This document shows positions 26,186-38,538 of a stretch of DNA of 64,000 nt, piece after piece; position 1 is the first letter of the stretch; every line of letters begins with the position of its first letter. Source of the DNA: Squalus acanthias (Eukaryota); the NCBI GenBank assembly GCA_030390025.1, contig CM059431.1, forward strand, positions 97,528,001 through 97,592,000. Direction: 5' to 3'. The position numbers were made by a program, and so were the translations under genes. Below the pieces are notes generated by a model. The model was not told the DNA's origin and did no database searches. It was given only the letters and a program-made list of their open reading frames with translations.

Positions 26186-27140
26186 TTAGTTTAAAGCCCT
26201 CTCTACAGCCCTAGTTATGTGATCCGCCAGGACTCTAGTCCCAGCACTGGCCAAGTGAAGCCCGTCCCAACGGAACAGCTCCCTCCTGCCCCAGTACTGG
26301 TGCCAGTGTCCCAGGAAGCAAAACCCATTTCTCCCGCACCAGTCTTTGAGCCACTCATTTAACTCTCTAATTTTATTTGTCCTAGCCAAATTCACTCGTG
26401 GCTCAGGTAATAATCCAGAGATTATTACCCTTGAGGTTCTGTTTTTTAATTTGACCCCTAGCTGCTCATACTCCTTTAACAGAACCGGCTTCCTTGTCCT
26501 ATCTACGTCGTTTGTACCAACATGGACCACGACAATTGGATCCACCCCCTCCCACTGCAAGTTTCTTTCCAGCCCAGAGAAGATGTCCTTAACCCTGGCA
26601 CCGGGCAGGCAACACAGCCTACGGGACTCTCGCTCTCGGCTGCAGAGAACTCTATCTATCCCCCTAATAATACTATCCCCTACCACTACAACATTTCTAT
26701 TTACTTCCCCCCTCTTGAATGGCCCCCCGTTCCACGGTGCTGTGGCCAGGTTGCTCATCCTCCCTGCAGTCCCCGCTCCTGTCCCCACAGGGAGTAAGAA
26801 CCTCAAACCTGTTGGACAAGAGCAAGGGCTGCGGCTCCTCCAACACTACCTCCTGGATCCCCGTACCTGCCTCACTCGTAGTCACACCGTCCTGTCCCTG
26901 ACCATGGGCTACATCTGAATTAATTAACTTCATAGGTGTGACCACCTCCTGAAACACAGAGTCCAGGTCATTCTCCCCCTCCCTGATGTGTCGCAGTGTC
27001 TGAAGCTCAGACTCCAGCTCATCAATACGGAGCTGGAGTTCCTGTAGCAGCAGACACTTGTCACAGATGTAATCACCGTAAGCCTCAATGGGGTCCACCG
27101 GCTCCCACATCTCGCAACAGTAACACATCACCTGCTCCAT
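26186..27140 (-). pseudogene. CR1 ORF1 (zinc finger/leucine zipper plus SGNH/GDSL esterase domain) with one frameshift at the C6 run 26707-26712
   Basis: CxxC..W...CxKC followed by LQLRIDELESELQTL; then, in the adjacent frame, VVVGDSIIR, CCLPGARV, HVGTND, DGLHL. Confidence 0.9.
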
Positions 27141-27352
27141 TCTATGTAATTAATTACATTTTTTATTGTTAGTTATGGACACTCACTGCCCGATTATAGA
27201 TGCTAGTATCCCCTCTAATTAATTGGATTTAAATTAAATCAATCCCTCTAAATTACACCAGTTAAATGGTTTACCAACAGTCACTCTGCACCAGAAAGGC
27301 CTTATTAACTACAACCAACAGAGTTTAAGTTTAAAAGAGAGAAATACTCACC

Positions 27353-30300
27353 AGATACAGGGCTATGGGGAGAGAGCGGGACATTGGGATTAGTTTGGGA
27401 TTGATACACGGCTATGGGGAGAGAGCGGGGCAGTGGGATTAGTTTGGGATTGATACCGGGCTATGGGGAGAGAGCGGGGCAGTGGGATTAGTTTGGGCTT
27501 GATACAGGACCATTGGGAGAGAGCAGAACAGTGGGATTAGTTTCGGATTGATTCAGGTCTATGGGGAGAGAGCGGGGCAGTGGGATTAGTTTGGGATTGA
27601 TTCAGGACTATGGGGAGAGAGCGGGGCAGTGGAATTAGTTTGGGATTGATACAGGGCTCTGGGGAGGGAGCGGGGCAGTGGGATTAGTTTGGGATTGATA
27701 CAGGGCTATCGGGAGAGAGCGGGGCAGTGGGATTAGTTTAAGATTGATACCGGGCTATGGGGAGAGAGCGGGGCAGTGGGATTAGTTTGGGCTTGATACA
27801 GGACCATTGGGAGAGAGCAGGACAGTGGGATTAGTTTCGGATTGATACAGGGCTATATGGAAAGACCGGGGCAGTGGAATTAGTTTGGGATTGATACAGG
27901 GCTCTGGGGAGGGAGCGGGGCAGTGGGATTAGTTTGGGATTGATACAGGGCTATCGGGAGAGCGCGGGGCAGTGGGATTAGTTTGGGGTTGATACAGCGC
28001 TCTGGGGAGAGAGTGGGGCATTGAGATTAGTTTGGGATTGATACAGGGCTATGGGGAGAGTGGGGAAGTGGGGTTAGTTTGGGATTGATATAAGGCTATG
28101 GGGAGAGAGCAGGGCAGTGGGATTAGTTTGGGATAGCTACAGGGCTATGGGGAGAGAGCGGGACATTGGGATTAGTTTGGGATTGATACAGGGCTATGGG
28201 GAGAGAGCGGGGCAGTGGGATTAGTTTGGGATTGATACCAAGCTATGGGAGAGAGCGGGGCAGTGGGATTAGTTTGGGATTGATACAGGGCTATGGGGAG
28301 AGAGCGGGGCAGTGGGATTAGTTTGGGCTTGATACAGGACCATTGGGAGAGAGCAGAACAGTGGGATTAGTTTGGGATTGATACAGGTCTATGAGGAGAG
28401 AGCGGGGCACTGGGATTAGTTTCGGATTGATACCGGGCTATGGGGAAAGCGCGGGGCAGTGGGAATAGTTTGGGATTGATACAGGGCTATGGGGAGAGCG
28501 CGGGGCAGTGGAATTAGTTTGGGATTGATACAGGGCTATGTGGAGAGAGCGGGGCAGTGGGATTAGTTTCGGATTGATACAGGGCTATGTGGAGGGAGCT
28601 GGGCAGTGGAATTAGTTTATGGATTGATACAGGGCTATAGGGAGAGAGCGGGGCATTGGGATTAGTTTCGGATTGATACAGGGCTATGGGGAGAGAGCGG
28701 GGCAGTGGGATTAGTTTTGGATTGATGCAGGGCTATGGGGAGAGAGCGGGACAGTGGGATTAGTTTGGGATCCATACAGGGCTATGGGGAGAGAGCGGGG
28801 CAGTGGGATTAGTTTTGGATTAATGCAGGGCTATCGGGAGAGCGCGGGGCTGTGGGATTAGTTTGGATTGATACAGGGCTATGGGGAGAGAGCAGGGCAG
28901 TGGGATTAGTTTGGGATTGATACAGGGCTCTGGGGAGAAAGCGAGGCACTGGGATTAGTTTGGGATTGATACTGGGCTCTGTGAAGAGAGTGGGGCAGTG
29001 GGATTAGTTTGGGATTGATACAGGGCTCTGGGAAGAGAGTGGGGCAGTGGGATTAGTTTGGGATTGATACAGGGCTCTGGGGAGAGGTTGGGACAGTGGG
29101 ATTAGTATGGGTTTGATACTGGGCTATTGGGAGAGAGCGGGGCAGTGGCATTAGTTTGGGATTTGTACAGGGCTATGGGGAGAGAGTGGAGCAGTGGGAT
29201 TAGTTTGGGATTGATACAGGACTATGGAGTGAGAGCGGGGCAGTGGGATTAGTTTGGGATTGATACAGCGCTATGGGGAGAGGGCGGAGCAGTGGGAATA
29301 GTTTGGGATTAATACAGGGCTATGGGGAGAGAGCGGGGCAGTGGGATTAATTTGGGATTGATTCAGGACGCTGGGGAGGGAGCGGGGCAGCAGGATTGGT
29401 TTGGGATTGATACAGGGCTATCGGGAGAGAGTGGGATGTGGGATTAGTTTGGGATTGATATAGGGCTATGGGGAGAGAGCAGGGCAGTGGGATTAGTTTG
29501 GGATAGCTACAGGGCTATGGGGAGAGAACGGGACATTGGGATTAGTTTGGGATTGATACGGGGCTATGGGAAGAGAGCGGGGCAGTGGGATTAGTTTGGG
29601 ATTGATACCGGGCTATGGGAGAGAGCGGGGCAGTGGGTTTAGTTTGGGATTGATACAGGGTCATTGGGAGAGAGCAGGGCAGTGGGATTAGTTTCGGATT
29701 GATACAGGGCTATGTGGAGAGAGCTGGGCAGTGGGATTAGTCTGGGGATTGATACAGGGCTATAGGGAGAGAGTGGGGCAGTGGGATTAGTTTGGGATTG
29801 ATACAGGTCTATGGGGAGAGAGTGGGGCATTGGGATTAGTTTCGGATTGATGCAGGGCTATGGGGAGAGAGCGGGGCAGTGGGATTAGTTTGGGATCCAT
29901 ACAGGGCTATGGGGGAGTGCGGGGCAGTGGGATTAGTTTGGGGATTGATACAGGGCTATAGGGAGAGAGTGGGGCAGTGGGATTAGTTTGGGATCGATAC
30001 AGGGCTATGGGGAGAGAGCGGGGCTGTGGGATTAGTTTGGATTGATACAGTGCTATGGGGAGAGAGCGGGGCCGTGGGATTAGTTTGGGATTGATACAGG
30101 GCTATGGGGAGAGTGCAGGGCAGTGGGATTAGTTTGGGATTGATACAGGGTTCTGGGAAGAGAGTGGGGCAGTGGGATTAGTTTGGGATTGATACAGGGC
30201 TATGGGGAGAGAGCGGGGCAGTGGGATTAGTTTGGGATTGATACCAAGCTATGGGAGAGAGCGGGGCAGTGGGATTAGTTTGGGATTGATACAGGGCTAT

Positions 30301-33300
30301 GGGGAGAGAGCGGGGCAGTGGGATTAGTTTGGGCTTGATACAGGACCATTGGGAGAGAGCAGAACAGTGGGATTAGTTTGGGATTGATACAGGTCTATGA
30401 GGAGAGAGCGGGGCACTGGGATTAGTTTCGGATTGATACCGGGCTATGGGGAAAGCGCGGGGCAGTGGGAATAGTTTGGGATTGATACAGGGCTATGGGG
30501 AGAGCGCGGGGCAGTGGAATTAGTTTGGGATTGATACAGGGCTATGTGGAGAGAGCGGGGCAGTGGGATTAGTTTCGGATTGATACAGGGCTATGTGGAG
30601 GGAGCTGGGCAGTGGAATTAGTTTATGGATTGATACAGGGCTATAGGGAGAGAGCGGGGCATTGGGATTAGTTTCGGATTGATACAGGGCTATGGGGAGA
30701 GAGCGGGGCAGTGGGATTAGTTTTGGATTGATGCAGGGCTATGGGGAGAGAGCGGGACAGTGGGATTTGTTTGGGATCCATACAGGGCTATGGGGAGAGA
30801 GCGGGGCAGTGGGATTAGTTTTGGATTAATGCAGGGCTATCGGGAGAGCGCGGGGCTGTGGGATTAGTTTGGATTGATACAGGGCTATGGGGAGAGAGCA
30901 GGGCAGTGGGATTAGTTTGGGATTGATACAGGGCTCTGGGGAGAAAGCGAGGCACTGGGATTAGTTTGGGATTGATACTGGGCTCTGTGAAGAGAGTGGG
31001 GCAGTGGGATTAGTTTGGGATTGATACAGGGCTCTGGGAAGAGAGTGGGGCAGTGGGATTAGTTTGGGATTGATACAGGGCTCTGGGGAGAGGTTGGGAC
31101 AGTGGGATTAGTATGGGTTTGATACTGGGCTATTGGGAGAGAGCGGGGCAGTGGCATTAGTTTGGGATTTGTACAGGGCTATGGGGAGAGAGTGGAGCAG
31201 TGGGATTAGTTTGGGATTGATACAGGACTATGGAGTGAGAGCGGGGCAGTGGGATTAGTTTGGGATTGATACAGCGCTATGGGGAGAGGGCGGAGCAGTG
31301 GGAATAGTTTGGGATTAATACAGGGCTATGGGGAGAGAGCGGGGCAGTGGGATTAATTTGGGATTGATTCAGGACGCTGGGGAGGGAGCGGGGCAGCAGG
31401 ATTGGTTTGGGATTGATACAGGGCTATCGGGAGAGAGTGGGATGTGGGATTAGTTTGGGATTGATATAGGGCTATGGGGAGAGAGCAGGGCAGTGGGATT
31501 AGTTTGGGATAGCTACAGGGCTATGGGGAGAGAACGGGACATTGGGATTAGTTTGGGATTGATACGGGGCTATGGGAAGAGAGCGGGGCAGTGGGATTAG
31601 TTTGGGATTGATACCGGGCTATGGGAGAGAGCGGGGCAGTGGGATTAGTTTGGGATTGATACAGGGTCATTGGGAGAGAGCAGGGCAGTGGGATTAGTTT
31701 CGGATTGATACAGGGCTATGTGGAGAGAGCTGGGCAGTGGGATTAGTCTGGGGATTGATACAGGGCTATAGGGAGAGAGTGGGGCAGTGGGATTAGTTTG
31801 GGATTGATACAGGTCTATGGGGAGAGAGTGGGGCATTGGGATTAGTTTCGGATTGATGCAGGGCTATGGGGAGAGAGCGGGGCAGTGGGATTAGTTTGGG
31901 ATCCATACAGGGCTATGGGGGAGTGCGGGGCAGTGGGATTAGTTTGGGGATTGATACAGGGCTATAGGGAGAGAGTGGGGCAGTGGGATTAGTTTGGGAT
32001 CGATACAGGGCTATGGGGAGAGAGCGGGGCTGTGGGATTAGTTTGGATTGATACAGTGCTATGGGGAGAGAGCGGGGCCGTGGGATTAGTTTGGGATTGA
32101 TACAGGGCTATGGGGAGAGTGCAGGGCAGTGGGATTAGTTTGGGATTGATACAGGGTTCTGGGAAGAGAGTGGGGCAGTGGGATTAGTTTGGGATTGATA
32201 CAGGGCTCTGGGGAGAGCAGGGCAGTGGGATTAGTTTGGGATTGATACAGGGCTATGGGGAGAGGGCGGAGCAGTGGGATTAGTTTGGGATTAATACAGG
32301 GCTATGGGGAGAGAGCGGGGCAGTGGGATTAATTTGGGATTGATTCAGGACTGTTGGGAGAGAGTGGGACAGTGGGATTAGTTTAAGATTGATACAGGGC
32401 TCTGGGGCGAGAGTGGGACAGTGGGATTAGATTAGGATTGATACAGGTCTATGGGGAGAGAGCAGTGCAGTGGGATTAGTTTGGGATTGATCCAGGGCTA
32501 TGGGGAGAGAGCAAGGCAGTGGGATTCATTTGAGATTGAGACAGGGCTATGGGGAGAGAGCGGGGCAGTGGCATTAGTTTGGGATTGGTACAGGGCTATG
32601 GGGAATGAGCGTGGCAGTGGGATTAGTTTGGGTTTGATACAGGGCTATGGGGAATGAGCGGGGCAGTGGGATTTGTTTGAGATTGATACAGGGCTAGGGG
32701 AGAGATCGGGGCAGTGGGATTAGTTTGGGATTGATACAGGGCTATGGGCAGAGAGCAGGGAAGTGGGATTAGTTTGTGATTGCTACAGGGCTATGGGGGG
32801 AGAGAGGTGCAGTGGGATTAGTTTGTGATTGATACAGGGCTATGGGGAGAGAGCGGGGCAGTGGCATTAGTTTGGGATTGGTAAAGGGCTATGGGGAGAG
32901 AGCAGGGAAGTGGGATTAGTTTGTGATTGATACAGGGCTATGGGGGGAGAGAGGGGCATTGGGATTAGTTTCGGATTGATACAGGGCTATGGGGAGAGAG
33001 CGGGGCAGTGGGATTAGTTTGGGATCGATACAGGGCTATGGGGAGAGAGCGGGGCTGTGGGATTAGTTTGGATTGATACAGTGCTATGGGGAGAGAGCGG
33101 GGCCGTGGGATTAGTTTGGGATTGATACAGGGCTATGGGGAGAGAGCAGGGCAGTGGGATTAGTTTGGGATTGATACAGGGCTCTGGGGAGAAAGCGAGG
33201 CACCGGGATTAGTTTGGGATTGATACTGGGCTCTGGGAAGAGAGTGGGGCAGTGGGATTAGTTTGGGATTGATACAGGGCTCTGGGAAGAGAGTGGGGCA

Positions 33301-36300
33301 GTGGGATTAGTTTGGGATTGATACAGGGCTCTGGGGAGAGAGCGGGGCAGTGGGATTAGTTTGGGATTGATACAGGGCTCTGGGGAGAAAGCGAGGCACT
33401 GGGATTAGTTTGGGATTCATACTGGGCTCTGGGAAGAGAGTGGGGCAGTGGGATTAGTTTGGGACTGATACAGGGTTCTGGGAAGAGAGTGGGGCAGTGG
33501 GATTAGTTTGGGATTGATACAGGGCTCTGGGGAGAGAGCGGGGCAGCGGGATTAGTTTGGGATTGATACAGGGCTCTGGGGAGAAAGCGAGGCACTGGGA
33601 TTAGTTTGGGATTGATACTGGGCTCTGGGAAGAGAGTGGGGCAGTGGGATTAGTTTGGGACTGATACAGGGCTCTGGGAAGAGAGTGGGCAGTGGGATTA
33701 GTTTGGGATTGATACAGGGCTCTGGGGAGAGAGCGGAACAGTGGGATTAGTTTGGGATTGATACAGGGCTATGGGGAGAGGGCGGAGCAGTGGGAATAGT
33801 TTGGGATTTATACAGGGCTCTGGGGAGAGAGCGGGGCAGTGGGATTAATTTGGGATTGATTCAGGACTATTGGGAGAGAGCGGGACAGTGGGATTAGTTT
33901 GGGATTGATACAGGGCTATGGGGAGAGAGCGGGGCAGTGGGATTAGTTTGGGATCGATGCAGGGCTATGGGGAGAGAGGGGGGCAGTGGGATTAGTTTGA
34001 GGATTGATACAGGGCTATGGGGCGAGAGAGGGGCAGTGGGATTAGTTTGGGATTGATTCAGGACTATTGGGAGAGAGCGGGGCATTGGGATTAGTTTGGG
34101 ATTGATATCAGGCTATGGGGAGAAAGCAGGGCAGTGGGATTAGTTTGAGATTGATACAGGGCTATGGGGATAGAGCGGGGCATTGGGATTAGTTTGGGAT
34201 TGATACAGGGCTATGGGGGAGACAGCGGGGCAGTGGAATTAGTTTGAGGATTGATACAGGGCTATGGGGAGAGAGCAGGGCAGTGGGATTAGTTTGGGAT
34301 TGATACAGGGCTCTGGGGAGAAAGCGAGGCACCGGGATTAGTTTGGGATTGATACTGGGCTCTGTGAAGAGAGTGGGGCAGTGGGATTAGTTTGGGATTG
34401 ATACAGGGCTCTGGGAAGAGAGTGGGGCAGTGGGATTAGTTTGGGATTGATACAGGGCTCTGGGGAGAGCAGGGCAGTGGGATTAGTTTGGGATTGATAC
34501 AGGGCTATGGGGAGAGGGCGGAGCAGTGGGATTAGTTTGGGATTAATACAGGGCTATGGGGAGAGAGCGGGGCAGTGGGATTAATTTGGGATTGATTCAG
34601 GACTGTTGGGAGAGAGTGGGACAGTGGGATTAGTTTAAATTTGATACAGGGCTCTGGGGCGAGAGTGGGACAGTGGGATTAGATTAGGATTGATACAGGT
34701 CTATGGGGAGAGAGCAGTGCAGTGGGATTAGTTTGGGATTGATACAGGGCTATGGGAAATGAGCGGGGCAGTGGGATTTGTTTGTGATTGATACAGGGCT
34801 ATGGGGAGAGAGCGGGGCAGTGGCATTAGTTTGGGATTGGTACAGGGCTATGGGGAATGAGCGTGGCAGTGGGATTAGTTTGGGTTTGATACAGGGCTAT
34901 GGGAAATGAGCGGGGCAGTGGGATTTGTTTGAGATTGATACAGGGCTATGGGGAATGAGCGGGGCAGTGGCATTAGTTTGGGATTGATTCAGGGCTATGG
35001 GCAGAGAGCAGGGAAGTGGGATTAGTTTGTGATTGATACAGGGCTATGGGGGAGAGAGGGGCAGTGGGATTAGTTTGTGATTGATACAGGGCTATGGGGA
35101 GAGAGCGGGGCAGTGGCATTAGTTTGGGATTGTTACAGGGCTATGGGGGGAGAGAGGTGCAGTGGGATTAGTTTGTGATTGATACAGGGCTATGGGGAGA
35201 GAGCGGGGCAGTGGCATTAGTTTGGGTTTGATACAGGGCTATGGGGGGAGAGAGGTGCAGTGGGATTAGTTTGTGATTGATACAGGGCTATGGGGAGAGA
35301 GCGGGGCAGTGGCATTAGTTTGGGATTGTTACAGGGCTATGGGGGGAGAGCAGGGAAGTGGGATTAGTTTGTGATTGATACAGGGCTATGGGGAGAGAGT
35401 GGGGCAGTGGGATTAGTTTGGGATCGATACAGGGCTATGGGGAGAGAGCGGGGCTGTGGGATTAGTTTGGATTGATACAGTGCTATGGGGAGAGAGCGGG
35501 GCCGTGGGATTAGTTTGGGATTGATACAGGGCTATGGGGAGAGAGCAGGGCAGTGGGATTAGTTTGGGATTGATACAGGGCTCTGGGGAGAAAGCGAGGC
35601 ACCGGGATTAGTTTGGGATTGATACTGGGCTCTGGGAAGAGAGTGGGGCAGTGGGATTAGTTTGGGATTGATACAGGGCTCTGGGAAGAGAGTGGGGCAG
35701 TGGGATTAGTTTGGGATTGATACAGGGCTCTGGGGAGAGAGCGTGGCAGTGGGATTAGTTTGGGATTGATACAGGGCTCTGGGGAGAAAGCGAGGCACTG
35801 GGATTAGTTTGGGATTCATACTGGGCTCTGGGAAGAGAGTGGGGCAGTGGGATTAGTTTGGGACTGATACAGGGTTCTGGGAAGAGAGTGGGGCAGTGGG
35901 ATTAGTTTGGGATTGATACAGGGCTCTGGGGAGAGAGCGGGGCAGTGGGATTAGTTTGGGATTGATACAGGGCTCTGGGGAGAAAGCGAGGCACTGGGAT
36001 TAGTTTGGGATTGATACTGGGCTCTGGGAAGAGAGTGGGGCAGTGGGATTAGTTTGGGACTGATACAGGGCTCTGGGGAAGAGAGTGGGCAGTGGGATTA
36101 GTTTGGGATTGATACAGGGCTCTGGGGAGAGAGCGGAACAGTGGGATTAGTTTGGGATTGATACAGGGCTATGGGGAGAGGGCGGAGCAGTGGGAATAGT
36201 TTGGGATTTATACAGGGCTCTGGGGAGAGAGCGGGGCAGTGGGATTAATTTGGGATTGATTCAGGACTATTGGGAGAGAGCGGGACAGTGGGATTAGTTT

Positions 36301-37185
36301 GGGATTGATACAGGGCTATGGGGAGAGAGCGGGGCAGTGGGATTAGTTTGGGATCGATGCAGGGCTATGGGGAGAGAGGGGGGCAGTGGGATTAGTTTGA
36401 GGATTGATACAGGGCTATGGGGTGAGAGAGGGGCAGTGGGATTAGTTTGGGATTGATTCAGGACTATTGGGAGAGAGCGGGGCATTGGGATTAGTTTGGG
36501 ATTGATATCAGGCTATGGGGAGAAAGCAGGGCAGTGGGATTAGTTTGAGATTGATACAGGGCTATGGGGATAGAGCGGGGCATTGGGATTAGTTTGGGAT
36601 TGATACAGGGCTATGGGGGAGACAGCGGGGCAGTGGAATTAGTTTGAGGATTGATACAGGGCTATGGGGGGAGAGCGGGGCCGTGGGATTAGTTTGAGGA
36701 TTGATACTGGGCTATGGGGAGAGAGTGGGGCAGTGGGATTAATTTGGGATTGATTCAGGACTATTGGGAGAGAGCGGGACAGTGGGATTAGTTTGGGATT
36801 GATACAGGGCTATGGGGAGAGAGCGGGGCAGTGGGATTAGTTTGGGATCGATGCAGGGCTATGGGGAGAGAGGGGGGCAGTGGGATTAGTTTGAGGATTG
36901 ATACAGGGCTATGGGGTGAGAGAGGGGCAGTGGGATTAGTTTGGGATTGATTCAGGACTATTGGGAGAGAGCGGGGCATTGGGATTAGTTTGGGATTGAT
37001 ATCAGGCTATGGGGAGAAAGCAGGGCAGTGGGATTAGTTTGAGATTGATACAGGGCTATGGGGATAGAGCGGGGCATTGGGATTAGTTTGGGATTGATAC
37101 AGGGCTATGGGGGAGACAGCGGGGCAGTGGAATTAGTTTGGGATTGATACTGGGCTATGGGGAGAGAGCGGGGCAGTGGGATTAT
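27353..37185 (+). repeat. 49-bp G-rich satellite, right block, ~200 units, with kb-scale higher-order duplications
   Basis: Same unit; identical variant ORFs at 29639/31645 and at 33894/36294/36788. Confidence 0.97.
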
Positions 37186-37250
37186 TGTAGCAAAGAGTTG
37201 TTGCGGACCCGATGGGCTGAATGTTTTCCCGTGCTGTGAATGTCTGTTTT
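37186..37250 (+). mobile_element. Degenerate CR1 3'UTR remnant closing the 49-bp satellite
   Basis: caaagag...gacccgatgggctgaatgttttcccgtgctgtgaatgtct resembles the CR1 3'UTR gatgggccgaatggcctccttctgtgctgt (from recall). Confidence 0.55.
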
Positions 37251-37307
37251 GATGTTCACTTTATCACACTGTGGATTAAACCATTCCGTTTTTATTGTGT
37301 AGACTCA

Positions 37308-38019
37308 GGGGGCAAAATTCGGTTACACCCCTTTTGTGGGCGGTAACTGAAGTAGTGCCTCACATTTAGCACCCGGGTCGTGTGTACCGCCCTGGCCGCT
37401 AAATTGGGCTTACCGGCCGAGCAAGGAAGCAGAGTGCTATCTTGGGTGCTGCACGTCCTCTCGGGGCGGTGTCTGGGGCGCAAAGCGTGGTATCGCCGGA
37501 GCGCTACGCGCCCGCTCCGCATAGCGCTGATGTGTTTCAGCGCCCCGTCCCTGCCGTTGAAGGAGAGGGCCGCTGCGCACTCTGCAGGCCGTTTAACGGC
37601 CTCCACTGGCCCACCAGGGCGGCGTGATGCCTTTACCACACCCCGGCTCCGGGGCACGGTGCCAGATGGTGCGATGGTGGCCACGGTCCACGCCAAGGTC
37701 CGCCAACCTGGAGGTCGGCCAAAATAAAAATTGTCGGCGCGGTGCATAGCCGGAGCACCCCTTTAATCAGCACACGCCAGCAGTGTGCGGCCCGGCTTGC
37801 AACTGCGGCGCTGGTGGTGACATCGCCCACGGCAGCCTCGTGGGGCACAGCCGAATTCCGTCCGCTGGGCACTAAGGGGTCGCATCGCTCGCCGATGATG
37901 TCATCGCCGGCGGTGCACTACCGGCTCGCGCCTCAGTAGCGCCCCGCTGAATTTCTCGGCAGGCGCTGTTAACCCCCCCCGCCCGGTCAATAAGCCCTTT
38001 GCGCCCTGTTAGCGTCCCC
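37308..38019. mobile_element. GC-rich Harbinger-type MITE related to 21537-22309; right TIR shortened
   Basis: TCA-GGGGGCAAAATT...gcgccctgttagcgtcccc-TCA; shares gatgaygtcatcgccggcg with 22129-22147. Confidence 0.65.
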
Positions 38020-38093
38020 TCAGTCTATTCATAAACTTTATGATATAAACCATAGGCTCCAATCGAAAAATGAACATTAAATACTGTGTCTCT

Positions 38094-38158
38094 CCACTCG
38101 GGGGCAGTGCCGAGCCTACGCTCACTGACAGCATCCAGTGTTAACCAGCAGGTGGCGA
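38094..38158 (+). promoter_or_regulatory. Two tandem CTCF-like motifs: CCACTCGGGGGCAG (38094-38107) and CCAGCAGGTGGCGA (38145-38158)
   Basis: Close matches to the CTCF core consensus in a short unique island between the two satellites. Confidence 0.45.
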
Positions 38159-38538
38159 TCTCTGCAGCGTCCAAATCCTCAAACCGTCCCCCACAGCCAC
38201 TGAGATTTCCCCAGAGTTCAGGCACTCGGCATTATTTCATCGCATTGTTTGAATGCACAGCATTCTGGTTTCTCAGATACTCTCAGAAAATGGACAATTT
38301 GTTTTGTTATAATCAGTCACAGCGAGGCCCGAATTTCTGAGATTGCAGATTCCTCGCTCACCAGCAGTGCGGAGCTGGAACATGTTTCCATTGCCCCACC
38401 GTTGGCTGCCGTGCCTTCAGCTACCTGGGCCTCACTATCAGGAATTCCCTCCCCAAACTTCTGCCCCTTAAAACTCTACCATACTGTAGCACACCATACC
38501 GTATCACACTGTACTCTACCGTACCGTATCACACTGCA

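Larger units (their letters stand above)
19703..27352 (-). mobile_element. Near full-length CR1 LINE (5'UTR, ORF1, ORF2, 3'UTR) inserted in the satellite, with three nested insertions
   Basis: AGATA duplicated at 19698-19702 and 27353-27357; the uninterrupted target gggatAGATAcagggct occurs in other satellite units (e.g. ~16034-16050); tail agaacataagaac. Confidence 0.93.

Noticed and set aside
26700..26720. Programmed ribosomal frameshift in CR1 ORF1
   Set aside because: CR1 ORF1 is normally one frame; a single extra base in a homopolymer run is better explained by mutation or sequencing error.
15455..37185. GGGATTAG as an interstitial telomeric repeat
   Set aside because: GGGATT is the reversal, not a permutation or complement, of TTAGGG; the unit is 49 bp and CR1-like.
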